Positions 19,767 to 30,872 of a stretch of DNA of 64,000 bases are shown one piece after another (positions within the stretch are counted from its first letter, which is position 1; every line of letters begins with the position of its first letter). The notes under the pieces were generated by a model that saw only the letters and a list, made by a program, of their open reading frames with translations, made no database searches and was not told the origin of the DNA. The DNA is taken from positions 1 through 64,000 of the forward strand of contig CAWEJX010000008.1 of NCBI GenBank assembly GCA_963809485.1. Reading direction: 5' to 3'. A program made the translations under genes and the position numbers. Origin of the DNA: an uncultured Acidobacteriota bacterium (GTDB lineage: Bacteria > Acidobacteriota > UBA6911).

Positions 19767-22700
19767 TCACTCCAATGCTGCGCTTATCAGGGTGTCCTGC
19801 TCCAAACGGAACTTCTTGAACGAACCGGACGCGGGACTCGCTCTTTCGGGCCGCCCGATGTAGCGAAAATCACGCGCAAAAGGAAGAGCGGGCGTGATGT
19901 GCCTGTGCACGTAATGCAAGGCTCCCATGTTTTGGGGCTCCTCCTGAACCCAGCAGATTTCGTCCAGGCCGGGATAGGTTCCGAGAATCCTGGACAGGTT
20001 CCATTCCGGGAAGGGATAGAGCTGCTCAATTCGTATCAGGGCAATTTCGGCGGTTTTGCGCTTTTCCCGTTCTGCAAGAAGATCGTAGTACACCTTTCCG
20101 GCGCAAAGTAGCACGCGTCGAACGGACTGCTTGTCGGCAATGCCCGGATCGTCCAGCACCAGCTCGAAGTGGCCGTCGGCAAGTTCCTGCGGGTCGGAGA
20201 CCGCTGCCGGATGGCGCAGAATGCTTTTGGGCGTCATGACGACCAGGGGGATCCGTTTGGCGTCGCGCATCTGCCTGCGCAGCAGATGAAAATATTGGGA
20301 AGGGGAGGTCGGGAAGCAGACCCGCATGTTGTCCTCGGCACAAAGGGTGAGGAATCGCTCCAGGCGGGCGCTGGAATGCTCGGGACCCTGTCCTTCAAAT
20401 CCATGGGGCAGCAGGAGAACAAGATCGCAGGGTTGCTCGCCATTTGACTTCGGAGCTGGCGATGAAGTTGTCGATAATGACCTGAGCCGCATTGGCAAAA
20501 TCTCCAAATTGGGCTTCCCAAAGGACAAGTGCCAGCGGATCGGCCACGCTATAGCCGAACTCGAAACCGAGCACCGCAGCTTCGGAAAGCGAACTGTCGA
20601 ATACCTCGAAAGAGGCCTGGTCGCCGCTTATGTTCTTCAGGGGAATATACTGCGCGCCGGTTTCCAGATCGAAGAGGACCGCGTGCCGCTGGCTGAAGGT
20701 GCCGCGCGCACAATCCTGCCCGCTCAGACGCACAGGAGTTCCCTCGTAGACGAGCGTGCCGAATGCCAGCGCTTCGGCAAAACTCCAGTCGATGGGCGGA
20801 GAACCGTCCACAAGTTCCCGCCGCTTGGCCATGAAACTTGCAAGCTTCGGGTGCAGACGGAAGTCTTCAGGAACAGTCGACAGCCCGCGGGCTACTGTCT
20901 TCAGCATCTCCATTCCTACGCTGGTTTCCTCGGAAGGCTGAAATTCCCGAAGCTCCTCTTCCGAAACCGCAAGCGGTACATCGGGCTCGAAATGCTGATC
21001 TCCCTTCTGGCTCGCCTGATAGGCCGCTTCCAGGCGCATTTTGACCTGCCTGCGCAGCAGGTCGACGGCCTCGAAGGTCACAATCCCCTGGCGTTCAAGC
21101 TTTTCGGAATAGAGAGTCAGAACGGACGGCCTCTCGCTGATTTTTTTATAGAGCAGCGGTTGCGTATAGCTGGGTTCATCCGCTTCGTTGTGGCCGTGGC
21201 GCCGATAGCAGAAGATATCTATCACGACATCTTTTTTAAAGCGGTGACGATAAGCGATGGCCAGAAGTGCCACCCGGATCGCGGAATCAGGATCATCGCC
21301 ATTGACATGAAAAATCGGCGCCTGCACGGCCCGCGCAAGATCGGTAGGATAGGGGGAGGAACGCGCTTCCACGGCGGCGTCGTAAACCCTATCTGGTTGT
21401 TGATAATGATGTGAATGGTGCCGCCGGTCCGGTACCCGTAGAGCTGCGAAAGGTTGATGGTTTCCCATACGACGCCCTGGCCGGCAAAAGCTGCATCTCC
21501 ATGGATAAGAATCGGGAGGACCTGTTCGCGCATCGCATCGCCGCGCCGCTCCTGTTTGGCGCGCACGATTCCTTCAATTACCGGATTCACCCATTCGAGA
21601 TGGCTGGGATTGGGAGCGACGGAAACTGAAATTTCTGCACCTTCCGGCGACCGGAATTTGCCGACGGCACCGAGGTGATATTTGACGTCGCCGGAACCCT
21701 GGGTCGTCAAAGGATCTGCTATTTCCTCAAATTCAGAAAGAATTTTGGCCAGCGGGATGCCGATGATGTTGGCAAGCACATTCAATCGTCCCCGGTGCGC
21801 CATTCCGATGACGGCCTCCGCGGTGTGCGATGCGGCGAAACCGGAAAGTATGGTCGCCAGAACGGGAATCAGGGTCTCCGCTCCTTCGAGGCTGAATCGC
21901 TTGTGTCCGATGAATCTGGTGTGAAGGTATTTTTCAAATCCTTCGGCTGCCGCAAGGTTTTTCAGTATCTGCAGCCGCAGTTCAGGATCCGGAGGGTTGC
22001 CGGCAACCGGAGCTCCACGCGCTCCTGGATCCAGGTCTTTTCCTCCGGATCCTGTATGTGCCGGTATTCCACCCCGATCCTGTGGCAATAGGCTTCGCGA
22101 AGAGCGGCAAGAATCTGGCGCAGAGTTCCGCGCTCCATGCCTCCCAAACCGCCGGTGGCAAATTCGCGATCCAGATCCCACATCGTCAGCCCGAAATTGG
22201 CAGGATCCAGTTCGGGATGATAAAGCTGAGACACTCCGAGCGGATCGAGATTCGCGATCAGGTGTCCGCGCACCCGGTATAGATTGATCAGGCGCAAGAC
22301 GCCGATCTGCTTTTCCAGGTCCTCCCGTGCGGAGCCCATTCCCAGCAGCGACGGATGCTGGTCGCGCGCCCACTTGATCGGGGCTGCGGGAAGCTGCAGG
22401 TCCTCAAAAATCTGTTCATAAAAGGAATCCTGACCCAGAAGCAGATCCTTGATGCGCCCGAGAAATTCCCCGGATTCCGCTCCCTGAATGATCCGGTGAT
22501 CATAGGTGCAGCTGATCGTCATGACCTTGCTCAGTCCCAGGCTCGAAAGCGCTCGCGGTGACCAGGCGTGGTATTCCGGCGGGTATCCGATGTTTCCGGT
22601 GCCAATGACGGCGCCCTGGCCCTTCATAAGACGCGGGACCGAAGACGCCGTTCCCACGGTGCCGGGATTGGTCAGAGTGATCGTGGTGTCCTGAAAATCT

Positions 22701-23164
22701 TCGGGCACCAGCACTCCCTTGCGGACGCGGTTGATAATGGAATCATAGGATTGCATAAATTCCTGGAAAGACAATTTGTCCGCGTTCTTGATATTGGGCA
22801 CAAGCAGAGTGCGGGTCCCGTCCTTCCGCGTGCTGTCGACGGCTATTCCCAGATTGATCGCCGGCTTGACTCTCCGGTGTGGCTCTCCCTCGATGACATC
22901 AAAGGAAGCGTTGATTGCGGGGAAGCTGCGGAGCGCTCGCACGATAGCCCAGGCGATAATGTGCGTAAAGGAAACCTTGCCGCGATCGCCGGACTCGAGA
23001 TGCTCGTTGATGATCCTGCGGTTTTCCTCGAGAAGCTTGACGGCAATGGTCCGATAGGATGTGGCAGTGGGTATGCCGAGGCTGGCCTCCATGTTTTCCA
23101 CCACGCGCGCGCTTCCGCCACGCATTATTTCGGCGCGGCTCTCAGGTCTTTCTTCGGGTGCCAA
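19767..23164 (-). CDS. sucA: Kgd/OdhA-type 2-oxoglutarate dehydrogenase E1 with fused acyltransferase domain, three apparent frameshifts
   Basis: YDHRIIQGAESG, GMAHRGRLN, HGDAAFAGQG, WEAQFGDF, LLPHGFEGQGPEHSSAR. Start taken as TTG after AGGAG. Confidence 0.88.
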
Positions 23165-23349
23165 GGACGATTCTCCTGCGTGATCTGGATTAGGGCCCGG
23201 ATCGCAACCGGCGCGAATCCCCTGCACCCTATATAGCATAAAGAGGCGCATGCTCCTAGACCGCATTTGGCGCCGCATTTCCCATAGCCGCCGCTCGGAC
23301 AGGCATGGATATTGCCGGTTCCTGGTTGCGGATTGCAGGTTTCAAAAAC

Positions 23350-23480
23350 TGCTCGCCGCCCCTCGCCGAACAAATCGGCGTTTGTCATCGCTTTTGTCAG
23401 CGTATCTCAGCGTTTCAAAATACGGAGCTGTCAAACTCTTTGAGTCCCCCGGCAGAGCCGGGGTTTACCCATAGAATTAT
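23350..23480 (-). mobile_element. family-A miniature element, copy A3 (left-end half only)
   Basis: CTCGCCGAACAAATCGGCGTTTGTC...CCCCGGCAGAGCCGGGGTTTACC. Confidence 0.8.
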
Positions 23481-23533
23481 GGAATCGGACTGCATCTTTG
23501 CTGATTGAGATGGATTATGTCATCATGCAGGGC

Positions 23534-24064
23534 ATGTCTATATTTCGCATATTGGGGATTCCATCGGATGGTCCCGGAAAATCGAGCCCGGAAACGGAGG
23601 CCGTCCGCAAAATAACCCGCGCACTGGACCAACTCGAGCCGGCGCGCGCCAAATTCATTGCGGCCTTCGCATATCTGCTCAGCCGCGCGGCCCGCGCCGA
23701 TTTGAATATCAGCCCCGCAGAAACCCGGACCATCGAACGGATCGTAATGGAGCACGGCCATTTGCCGGAAGAGCAGGCGGTGATCGTCGCGCAGATGGCA
23801 AAAACGCAGACGGTCCTTTTCGGCGGAACCGAAAACTATCTGGTGAGCCGCGAGTTCAATGCCGCCGCCACGCATGGCGAGAAAATGGCCCTGCTGGATT
23901 GCCTCTTCGCAGTGGCGGCTTCGGAAGACGCCATCTCCACCATCGAAGACAACGAAATCAGCCAGATTGCCGACGAATTGAGAATCGAGCACCGCGATTT
24001 CATATCCGTCCGGTCGCGGTACCGCGATCATCTCGCCGTGCTGAAAAAAAATCAGCATCGATGA
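23534..24064 (+). CDS. TerB-family protein
   Basis: AARADLNIS.AE...LFAVAASED.IS..E...I..IADEL. Confidence 0.8.
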   Translation: MSIFRILGIPSDGPGKSSPETEAVRKITRALDQLEPARAKFIAAFAYLLSRAARADLNISPAETRTIERIVMEHGHLPEEQAVIVAQMAKTQTVLFGGTENYLVSREFNAAATHGEKMALLDCLFAVAASEDAISTIEDNEISQIADELRIEHRDFISVRSRYRDHLAVLKKNQHR

Positions 24065-24238
24065 GCGCAGGCGGCTTGGATTGACATCGATCTTCGGCGG
24101 AGTCATACTGCTGCAGGATTCAAAAAGCGGCATGTCCGGCGCTTTCCCGACGTGGAATTCGCAGCTCGCGAAAATGTAACAATGAAGCTTGAGCCGGAGA
24201 TTTAAGACCGGGATGCACAGCTTCCAGAGTGATATGCG

Positions 24239-24769
24239 ATGAGGGAACCAAGAACGCATCGACCGATAGACCGCAACCGCAAAAAGAGAGCGGTTCCGCT
24301 TTCTTTTTTGCGCACCTCAGAAGCGGTCAAAACCGTGGTCAACCACCCGCGCCGGCTCGAGGAGCTGATGCGGATGCTCGAGGACAAAGATCGGGCAGTC
24401 CGGGGACGGGCCGCAACGACACTGGCGCGCCTTTCGGAATCGCACCCCGCCCGTTTGCTTCGAATCGTTGAACGGCTCAGGGAAGGGCTGAGGGATGACT
24501 CCGCGTATGTTCGATGGCACCTCATCTATGCTTTGGGCGAATTGGGATCGCGCTTCCCGTCGCAGTTGCAGGGTTTTTTAAATGACATCGCAGGCCGCCT
24601 CGATGATGACGACCGCGTCGTTCGCGTTCTTGCATGCCGGACTCTGAGCCGCGTCGCTGCTGCCAAGCCGGGAATTATCGGGGAGCTGTTCAAAGGTCTC
24701 AAGCGTGAACCGCCGCCTGCTATCGCAAAAGCGCTCGGGCGTGCCGGATCCAAATCCCGCGGCGCCTGA
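24239..24769 (+). CDS. HEAT-repeat protein
   Basis: Repeated L.D.D..VR..A..L units. Confidence 0.75.
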   Translation: MREPRTHRPIDRNRKKRAVPLSFLRTSEAVKTVVNHPRRLEELMRMLEDKDRAVRGRAATTLARLSESHPARLLRIVERLREGLRDDSAYVRWHLIYALGELGSRFPSQLQGFLNDIAGRLDDDDRVVRVLACRTLSRVAAAKPGIIGELFKGLKREPPPAIAKALGRAGSKSRGA

Positions 24770-24811
24770 AAATCCTCTCCGTTTCTGCCCGCCCGCCACC
24801 ATCGAAATAGC

Positions 24812-25078
24812 TAATCCAAAAGGAGATCCACCGGTGCTGCCGGTGATGCAGTATAGGTTTGACACATACAGAAGAATGAATATCGAATTTCCAATGTCGA
24901 ATGTCGAACCGCAGAAGTCTTCGAGATTTGTTATTCCGTATTCTGCATTCTGCGGTTCAAAAAGCTGCAAGGATGTTTATTGGGGGTGGAACCGGTTTAA
25001 TCTTTTGTCGTTTGCGATCAGGCTCCTGCGATGGGCCGGCAACCGCCGCATCAAGAAGGACTCTCTGGAAAGGGCATG
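24812..25078 (+). mobile_element. family-B miniature element (degenerate)
   Basis: TAAT..GATCCACCGGTGCTGCCGGTG..GTTTGACA left end, TCGAAT palindrome, and TTTGCGATCAGGC block shared with 44066 and 55523. Confidence 0.65.
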
Positions 25079-25780
25079 CTAGCGCCTGCGGAGGAGAACG
25101 TAAACGGCTCCGACGCCGCCGTCCTTTAAAGGGGCGGAGGCATAGGCCACCACATGACGCGACATCCTTCGGGTCGAGAGCAGACGCTGCAAAGCTTCCT
25201 TGAGAGTCGCTCTGTCAGTGGGGGAATTGATGCCTCGGCCGTGAATGATCTTTATACAGCAAGGCCGCAGAAGGGACATCCTGACAATGTAATCTTCCAC
25301 TGCAGTCTGCGCCTCGGCCCGGTTCAGGCCGTGCAAATCGATTTGCCCCTGAATCGAGTAAAGGCCGTTCCTCAAATTTGGCAAATATCTTTTCCCCGCC
25401 ACGCCGATCCATCCTTCAATGTACTCGGGATGGTCCAGGATGCTCAGCGGTGAATCCCCGTCCATGGCTTCCTGCATGAGCCGCCGCTCTTCTTCGGCGG
25501 GATCCGCGCCGTGCTCCGGTGCGGGTTTGCGCAAGGGGGATGGGTCGTGGCGCCAGCAGACCCGCTCTACTCCATTCATAGCTTCCTTGAAAATTTCCTC
25601 GTCGCTGCGCTGCGGCTCGGCTTCCGGAGCGTCAGCCCGTGGAGTATCGACTTTGGGGGGATTCGGAGGCACCGGGACGGGAGAGGGTTGAGGAGCCTTC
25701 AGTTGAAGCCCCGCCCTGTTTACGAGGTCGGAAAGCTGTCCCAGGGATTCACCGGTGGAAGAGTTTTTTTTGCTTGCCAT
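25079..25780 (-). CDS. Smr/MutS2 C-terminal domain protein
   Basis: IDLHGL, IIHGRG.NS, DGGVGAVYVLLR. Confidence 0.88.
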   Translation of the reverse strand: MASKKNSSTGESLGQLSDLVNRAGLQLKAPQPSPVPVPPNPPKVDTPRADAPEAEPQRSDEEIFKEAMNGVERVCWRHDPSPLRKPAPEHGADPAEEERRLMQEAMDGDSPLSILDHPEYIEGWIGVAGKRYLPNLRNGLYSIQGQIDLHGLNRAEAQTAVEDYIVRMSLLRPCCIKIIHGRGINSPTDRATLKEALQRLLSTRRMSRHVVAYASAPLKDGGVGAVYVLLRRR

Positions 25781-26023
25781 GGCTGGTCCGTGCCGGGCTT
25801 GAGCTGCAGCCAGGCGAATGCCGCAGCCTTGCCTGATATTCATAATAAGGTCCCCGGAGTCAAAAAACCACCCGGGAATCGACTGCGGGGCAGGAGGCCG
25901 CAGCATCCAAGGCCGGATGGGTTGCGGGCTTGCATTTGTCGAAGGGTTCCCATAATCTGATTTCTGCCTTAAATGGATTCTGGAATCGTCCAGGCGCGGC
26001 GCACAAGCCTCAAAGGAGAAGGA

Positions 26024-26344
26024 ATGATCGAATTAACGCCTGTTGCCATTGACAAGGTCAAGTCAATCCTTGCGCAACGGAAAGAAGAATCGGGCCTCAG
26101 GATTATGGTCAACGCCGGAGGGTGTTCCGGGTTCAGCTATCAGATGACTCTGGAACAGCAGCCCCAGGCCGACGATGAAGTTATCGAAATGGATGGATTG
26201 AAGGTCTTCGTCGATTTGCAGTCGTTTGCATTGCTGGACGGGGCAAAAGTGGATTACGTGGAAGGACCGGATGGGTCCGGGTTCAAATTCGATAATCCCA
26301 ATGAGGCATCTTCCTGCGATTGCGGTGAGTGCTTCGAAGCCTGA
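26024..26344 (+). CDS. HesB/IscA-family Fe-S assembly protein
   Basis: GGCSGFSY, GFKFDNPN, CDCGECF. Confidence 0.9.
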   Translation: MIELTPVAIDKVKSILAQRKEESGLRIMVNAGGCSGFSYQMTLEQQPQADDEVIEMDGLKVFVDLQSFALLDGAKVDYVEGPDGSGFKFDNPNEASSCDCGECFEA

Positions 26345-26382
26345 TCCGCTTCAGTTCGCCGGAGATCGTCGCCGGAGCAACC

Positions 26383-26754
26383 ATGACAGGCAAAGCGAGG
26401 ACAGACGGCATCAGGCTTGCCGGGGTTAAACTGCGGCCCCGCATCGGCACAACTGCCGAGGAGCGGAAAATGCCTCAGGAGTGCGAAGCCGATCTGACGC
26501 TCTGGGGAGACTTTGAGGCGGCAGCCGCGACAGACAGCCTGGAAAGAGGCATCGATTACTGCAGGGTCCTTACGGCCATGCAGGAGACGGCCGTTGAACG
26601 CGAATACAGCCTGCTGGAAACGCTTGCCTATAAAATAGCCCGCACTGTGCTGCGCGGCTTTCCCGTAAATCGGGTGCATCTGAAGCTGCGCAAACGCCCT
26701 GCCGTCCTGCTCGGCCAGCTGGATTACGTCGAGGTGGATGTGGAAGCGCCCTAA
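26383..26754 (+). CDS. folB: dihydroneopterin aldolase
   Basis: IG..AEER..PQ, IDY, LLETLA. Confidence 0.82.
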   Translation: MTGKARTDGIRLAGVKLRPRIGTTAEERKMPQECEADLTLWGDFEAAAATDSLERGIDYCRVLTAMQETAVEREYSLLETLAYKIARTVLRGFPVNRVHLKLRKRPAVLLGQLDYVEVDVEAP

Positions 26755-26910
26755 TTCTATTGGTAAACCCCCGGCTCTGCCGGGACTCATAGAGTCTGAC
26801 AGCTCCGTATTTTGAAACGCTGACGTACGCTGACATGACGCTGACGTACGCTGAAAAAAATTTAATTTTTGTCGGCGTAAATCGGCGTCCGTTCAGCGTG
26901 CGTCAGCGTT
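26752..26910 (+). mobile_element. family-A left end with ACGCTGAC-repeat hairpin, copy A4
   Basis: Starts at the folB stop (TAA-T); left hairpin, then AAACGCTGACGTACGCTGA...TCAGCGTGCGTCAGCGTTT. Confidence 0.75.
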
Positions 26911-27021
26911 TATGCCTCTGAAAACAAATCCATAGGCCTGGGGCCGGATTCCTCTGTACGGGAGCCCTCAATTTTGGATATATTGGACAGCTGAAACAGG
27001 TGCCCCTGAGGGAGAAATGAT

Positions 27022-27495
27022 ATGGAAATTGAATCGGGAGAAGGTCCAGGATTCCTTACCACGAACCTGGAACGGGCAGTAGCCTGGGCGCGCAAATATT
27101 CCATTTTCGTTTATCCTTTTGTTACCGCTTGCTGCGGCATGGAATATATGTCGACGGCATCCGGGCACTATGACATGGATCGCTTCGGCGCAGGGCTGCC
27201 CCGTTTTTCGCCAAGGCAGGCGGATGTTCTTCTGGTTGTAGGCACCATCAGCCATAAGATCGCACCCATCCTGCGGCGCGTTTACGACCAGATGTGCGAG
27301 CCGAAATGGGTTGTGGCATTTGGTGTGTGCACCTGCACGGGCGGATTCTACGACAACTATGCGACGGTGCAGGGGATTGACACTATTCTGCCGGTCGACA
27401 TCTATATCCCCGGATGTCCGCCGCGCCCGGAAGCGGTGCTGGATGGCCTGATGAAGCTGCAGACCAAGATAGAAAACCAGAAACAGGTGCTTTAG
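27022..27495 (+). CDS. nuoB: NADH-quinone oxidoreductase subunit B (paralog 1)
   Basis: [21 protein letters not shown]. Confidence 0.93.
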   Translation: MEIESGEGPGFLTTNLERAVAWARKYSIFVYPFVTACCGMEYMSTASGHYDMDRFGAGLPRFSPRQADVLLVVGTISHKIAPILRRVYDQMCEPKWVVAFGVCTCTGGFYDNYATVQGIDTILPVDIYIPGCPPRPEAVLDGLMKLQTKIENQKQVL

Positions 27496-27503
27496 AGGCG
27501 ACT

Positions 27504-28844
27504 ATGACCCCTACAGATACCAGCAAGGAAACCAGGAGCATGCTCCTGAACATCGGGCCTTCGCATCCCGCCATGCATGGAGTTATCCGCCTGATCACGG
27601 AACTGGAGGGAGAGAATGTAATCAAGGTGGAGGCCGAGATCGGTTACCTGCACCGGGCGTTCGAAAAAAGCTGTGAAAACTCGAGCTGGACCCAGGCCAT
27701 TCCTTACACGGACCGACTCAATTACGTTTCCCCCCTCATCAACAACTTCGGATACTGTGCAGCGGTCGAAAAACTTCTGGGAATTGAAATCACCGAACGC
27801 TGCAAGTACATCCGGGTGATCATGAGCGAGATCTCGCGCATCACGGATCACCTGACCTGCATTGCCGCTTCCGCGATGGAATTGGGGGCCATGACGGCCT
27901 TCCTGTACCTGATGAAAGCCAGGGAGTATCTCTACGACATTATCGAGGAGGTGACCGGCGGGCGCCTAACGATTTCCTACGGGCGGATCGGCGGCGTCAA
28001 GGGCGATTTGCCTGCGGATATAGGCCCGCAGATAGAATCGGCGCTCGTGAAAACCGAAAAGGAAATTTCCGAAGTGGACAAACTCTTGACGCGCAACCGG
28101 ATTTTTGTCGACAGGACCCGGGATGTGGGCATTCTCACTCGCGAGAATGCTGTCCGCTATTCGGTTACCGGGCCCATGGGCCGCGCCTCCGGCATCAACT
28201 ACGATGTGCGCAGGGCATTTCCGTATTTGGTTTACGACCGGATGGATTTCGATATTCCTTTGGGGGAACGTGGAGACAATTACGACCGATACCTGGTGCG
28301 CATGGAAGAGATGAGGCAAAGCATCCGAATCATCCGCCAGGCTATGCAGGAAATTCCGGATGGGGAAGTGCAGGTCGATCCGCATTTCAAGACCATGAAA
28401 TCCTTCGATCTGGTCGACGAAGCCAAAATGGGACGGACAGCAGGACTGGTAAACGTCATCAGCGAAGTGGAACCGACGCTGGAGGGCATGGAGCGGCCCT
28501 TTCACGACCGCGTCATGCCAAAAGACAAGAGAGTTGTTCTGCCCAACAAAGGCGACACTTACGGCAACATCGAAGGCCTGATGAACCATTTCAAACTCGT
28601 AATGGACAACCACGGTATCTGCCCGCCGCCGGGAGAGACCTATTTTGCGGTGGAAGGGGCCAACGGCGAGCTGGGCTTTTTTGTCGCCAGCGATGGGAAG
28701 GATCGGCCTTACCGGGTTCGTGTCCGTCCTCCCTGTTTCTTCGGTATGGCGGCCCTGCACACCATGCTCGAGGGTTACATGGTTGCGGATATCGTGGCCA
28801 CCTTCGGGTCCATCAACATGATCGCGGGCGAGTTGGACCGCTAG
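27504..28844 (+). CDS. nuoD: NADH-quinone oxidoreductase subunit D (paralog 1)
   Basis: NIGPSHPAMHG, GYLHR, DRLNY, GELDR; no NiFe CxxC motifs. Confidence 0.93.
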   Translation: MTPTDTSKETRSMLLNIGPSHPAMHGVIRLITELEGENVIKVEAEIGYLHRAFEKSCENSSWTQAIPYTDRLNYVSPLINNFGYCAAVEKLLGIEITERCKYIRVIMSEISRITDHLTCIAASAMELGAMTAFLYLMKAREYLYDIIEEVTGGRLTISYGRIGGVKGDLPADIGPQIESALVKTEKEISEVDKLLTRNRIFVDRTRDVGILTRENAVRYSVTGPMGRASGINYDVRRAFPYLVYDRMDFDIPLGERGDNYDRYLVRMEEMRQSIRIIRQAMQEIPDGEVQVDPHFKTMKSFDLVDEAKMGRTAGLVNVISEVEPTLEGMERPFHDRVMPKDKRVVLPNKGDTYGNIEGLMNHFKLVMDNHGICPPPGETYFAVEGANGELGFFVASDGKDRPYRVRVRPPCFFGMAALHTMLEGYMVADIVATFGSINMIAGELDR

Positions 28845-28942
28845 CCGGAACGTCTCACTGCGTTGCCCGGCACAACGGCGGGGTCAGGCTGGATCCGGAG
28901 GTTCCGCAATAGCAGACACCGCACAAATTTTCTCAAGGATCT

Positions 28943-29692
28943 ATGGTTAATCTCAAATCGAAGCGTGAAATCGAGGTCATGCGCGATGCGGGACGCATTG
29001 TCGCATCGGTGCTCGAGGAGCTGCGGGGGCTTTGCAAAGCCGGGGTATTAACCAAAGAACTGGACCGCCGCGCCGAGGTAAAAACCTCGAGGTACGGGGC
29101 CGAGTGTGCCTTCAAGGGATACAGGGGCTACCCGCGTGCACTCTGCGCTTCGATCAATCACCAGGTGGTGCATGGCATTCCCGGAGACATCGAATTGAAG
29201 GACGGCGATATTGTTGGCCTTGATTTCGGTGTGCTCTATAAAGGCTATTTCGGGGACGCGGCTATCACAGTGCCGATAGGCCAGATACCCGCTACAACGA
29301 AAGAACTCCTGCGAGTGACGGAGGAATGCCTTTACCTGGGCATCGAACAGATGGTCCCGGGAAACCATTTGGCAGACCTTTCCCGCGCGATTCAATCGAA
29401 CGCCGAATCGCACGGCTTTTCCCTGGTAAAGGAGTTCGGCGGCCATGGGATCGGCAAACACATGCATGAGGACCCCATGGTGTTGAACTATGTCACGGAT
29501 GGGCGAGGCATCAGGTTCCGGCCCGGGATCGTGCTGGCGATTGAGCCGATGGTTAATATGGGCACGGACCGCGTGCAGATTCTTGCGGACGGCTGGACGG
29601 TTGTCACTCTGGATGGGAAGCCGTCCGCTCATTTCGAGCACACGGTAGCCATCACCGACAACGGCCCGGAGATCCTTACCAGGCTGTCCTGA
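28943..29692 (+). CDS. map: methionine aminopeptidase type I
   Basis: VVHGIP, GHGIG..MHEDP, AIEPM, SAHFEHT. Confidence 0.95.
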   Translation: MVNLKSKREIEVMRDAGRIVASVLEELRGLCKAGVLTKELDRRAEVKTSRYGAECAFKGYRGYPRALCASINHQVVHGIPGDIELKDGDIVGLDFGVLYKGYFGDAAITVPIGQIPATTKELLRVTEECLYLGIEQMVPGNHLADLSRAIQSNAESHGFSLVKEFGGHGIGKHMHEDPMVLNYVTDGRGIRFRPGIVLAIEPMVNMGTDRVQILADGWTVVTLDGKPSAHFEHTVAITDNGPEILTRLS

Positions 29693-30492
29693 TGAAAACA
29701 CCTATGCTTAATAAAATCCTTCCCTTTTTGCGTTGCGTCCGCTGTATGGGAGTCGGGCTGAATCCGGATGACAGCGGCCTCTCCTGCCCGTCCTGCCATG
29801 CGCATTATGCGCTGCAGGATGGCATCCCGGACATGGCGGGGGAGGATTCACGGGAGGTTATCACTCCGTTTCAGCGCCTGATGCAAACTCCGGCCATCGT
29901 GTCCATCTATGAAAAAATCTGGCGACAGGTTGGATATTACATTGCCAGCTCGCGCTTTTTTGGCGAGGAGATGAAAACGGTTCTTCGGCTTGCGAGCGGG
30001 CGGCAGGGCGGCCGTGCGCTCGATCTGGCGTGTGGAACCGGCGTTTTCACGCGCCCGCTTTCCAGTCTTGGCAGCGAGTGCATGGTGGGCCTGGATCTGT
30101 CGTGGCCGATGCTGCGCCAGGCCCGGCGCATGGTAAAGAAGGAAAACATTCAGAATATTCTGCTTTTGCGCGGAACTGCATTTTGCCTTCCGTTCATCGA
30201 TGAGACTTTTCCCTTTGTGAACTGCTGCGGCGCTCTGCACCTGTTCGACCGGCCGGACGATGCATTGAAGGAAATCCGGCGGGTACTTGTCCGCGGAGGC
30301 CGTCTCTGCGTTCAGACCACCATCCGCCCGACACGTTCGGCGGGCATGGCCTACTTTCTCGAGCGATTCATACGGTTCGGCTTTTTCGACGAAGCCGGAC
30401 TGCTGAAAAAGCTGGAGCTTAAAGGTTTCCGCCTTATCGAAAGCGAGCGCCATCGCATCAGCTTCACATTCCTGGCGGAGCGTCTCGAATAG
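29692..30492 (+). CDS. class I SAM methyltransferase with N-terminal Cys4 (Trm112-like) domain
   Basis: CVRC..CPSC, LDLACGTG. Confidence 0.85.
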   Translation: MKTPMLNKILPFLRCVRCMGVGLNPDDSGLSCPSCHAHYALQDGIPDMAGEDSREVITPFQRLMQTPAIVSIYEKIWRQVGYYIASSRFFGEEMKTVLRLASGRQGGRALDLACGTGVFTRPLSSLGSECMVGLDLSWPMLRQARRMVKKENIQNILLLRGTAFCLPFIDETFPFVNCCGALHLFDRPDDALKEIRRVLVRGGRLCVQTTIRPTRSAGMAYFLERFIRFGFFDEAGLLKKLELKGFRLIESERHRISFTFLAERLE

Positions 30493-30538
30493 GCTTCGCC
30501 CGGATGACTCATAAAGTTTGACTGCTCCCGGATCAAAT
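30493..30538 (+). repeat. degenerate family-A left-end remnant
   Basis: GACTCATAAAGTTTGACTGCTCC versus consensus GACTCATAGAGTTTGACAGCTCC. Confidence 0.5.
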
Positions 30539-30872
30539 AATGCGGCTTTATGCCGGCAAGAACGCTGATAAGCGCCGGCGATCGTATTCAGCTGTGGGTT
30601 AGCCGCCAACGCCGATGGGGCGCCTATAGCGTCCGCTTTGCCCGTCTCGCAAAGTACTTTTGTGTGAAACAGGTTGGGCATGTGAGCCTGTCTATGATAT
30701 ATTTCAGCCACTTTGCATTCGAGAATGCAGGACTCCAGGCATTGCGAAACGCATACTCAATGCCCCAGGTGACCGGCTTTGAATCCCTGAGAGAATGCAG
30801 GTTAAATCTTTGTTGAAGATCATTTGCATAATAAATGTTATGATTTGGAGGCCGTCCGGAAGGAGTTAGAAC

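Noticed and set aside
18600-23164. Programmed frameshifting or phase variation in bshA and sucA
   Set aside because: There are several breaks per gene without long homopolymers or slippery motifs, so assembly error is simpler.
27022-28844. nuoB/nuoD pair as a group 4 NiFe hydrogenase
   Set aside because: The large subunit lacks the N- and C-terminal CxxC nickel motifs and ends in GELDR like NuoD.
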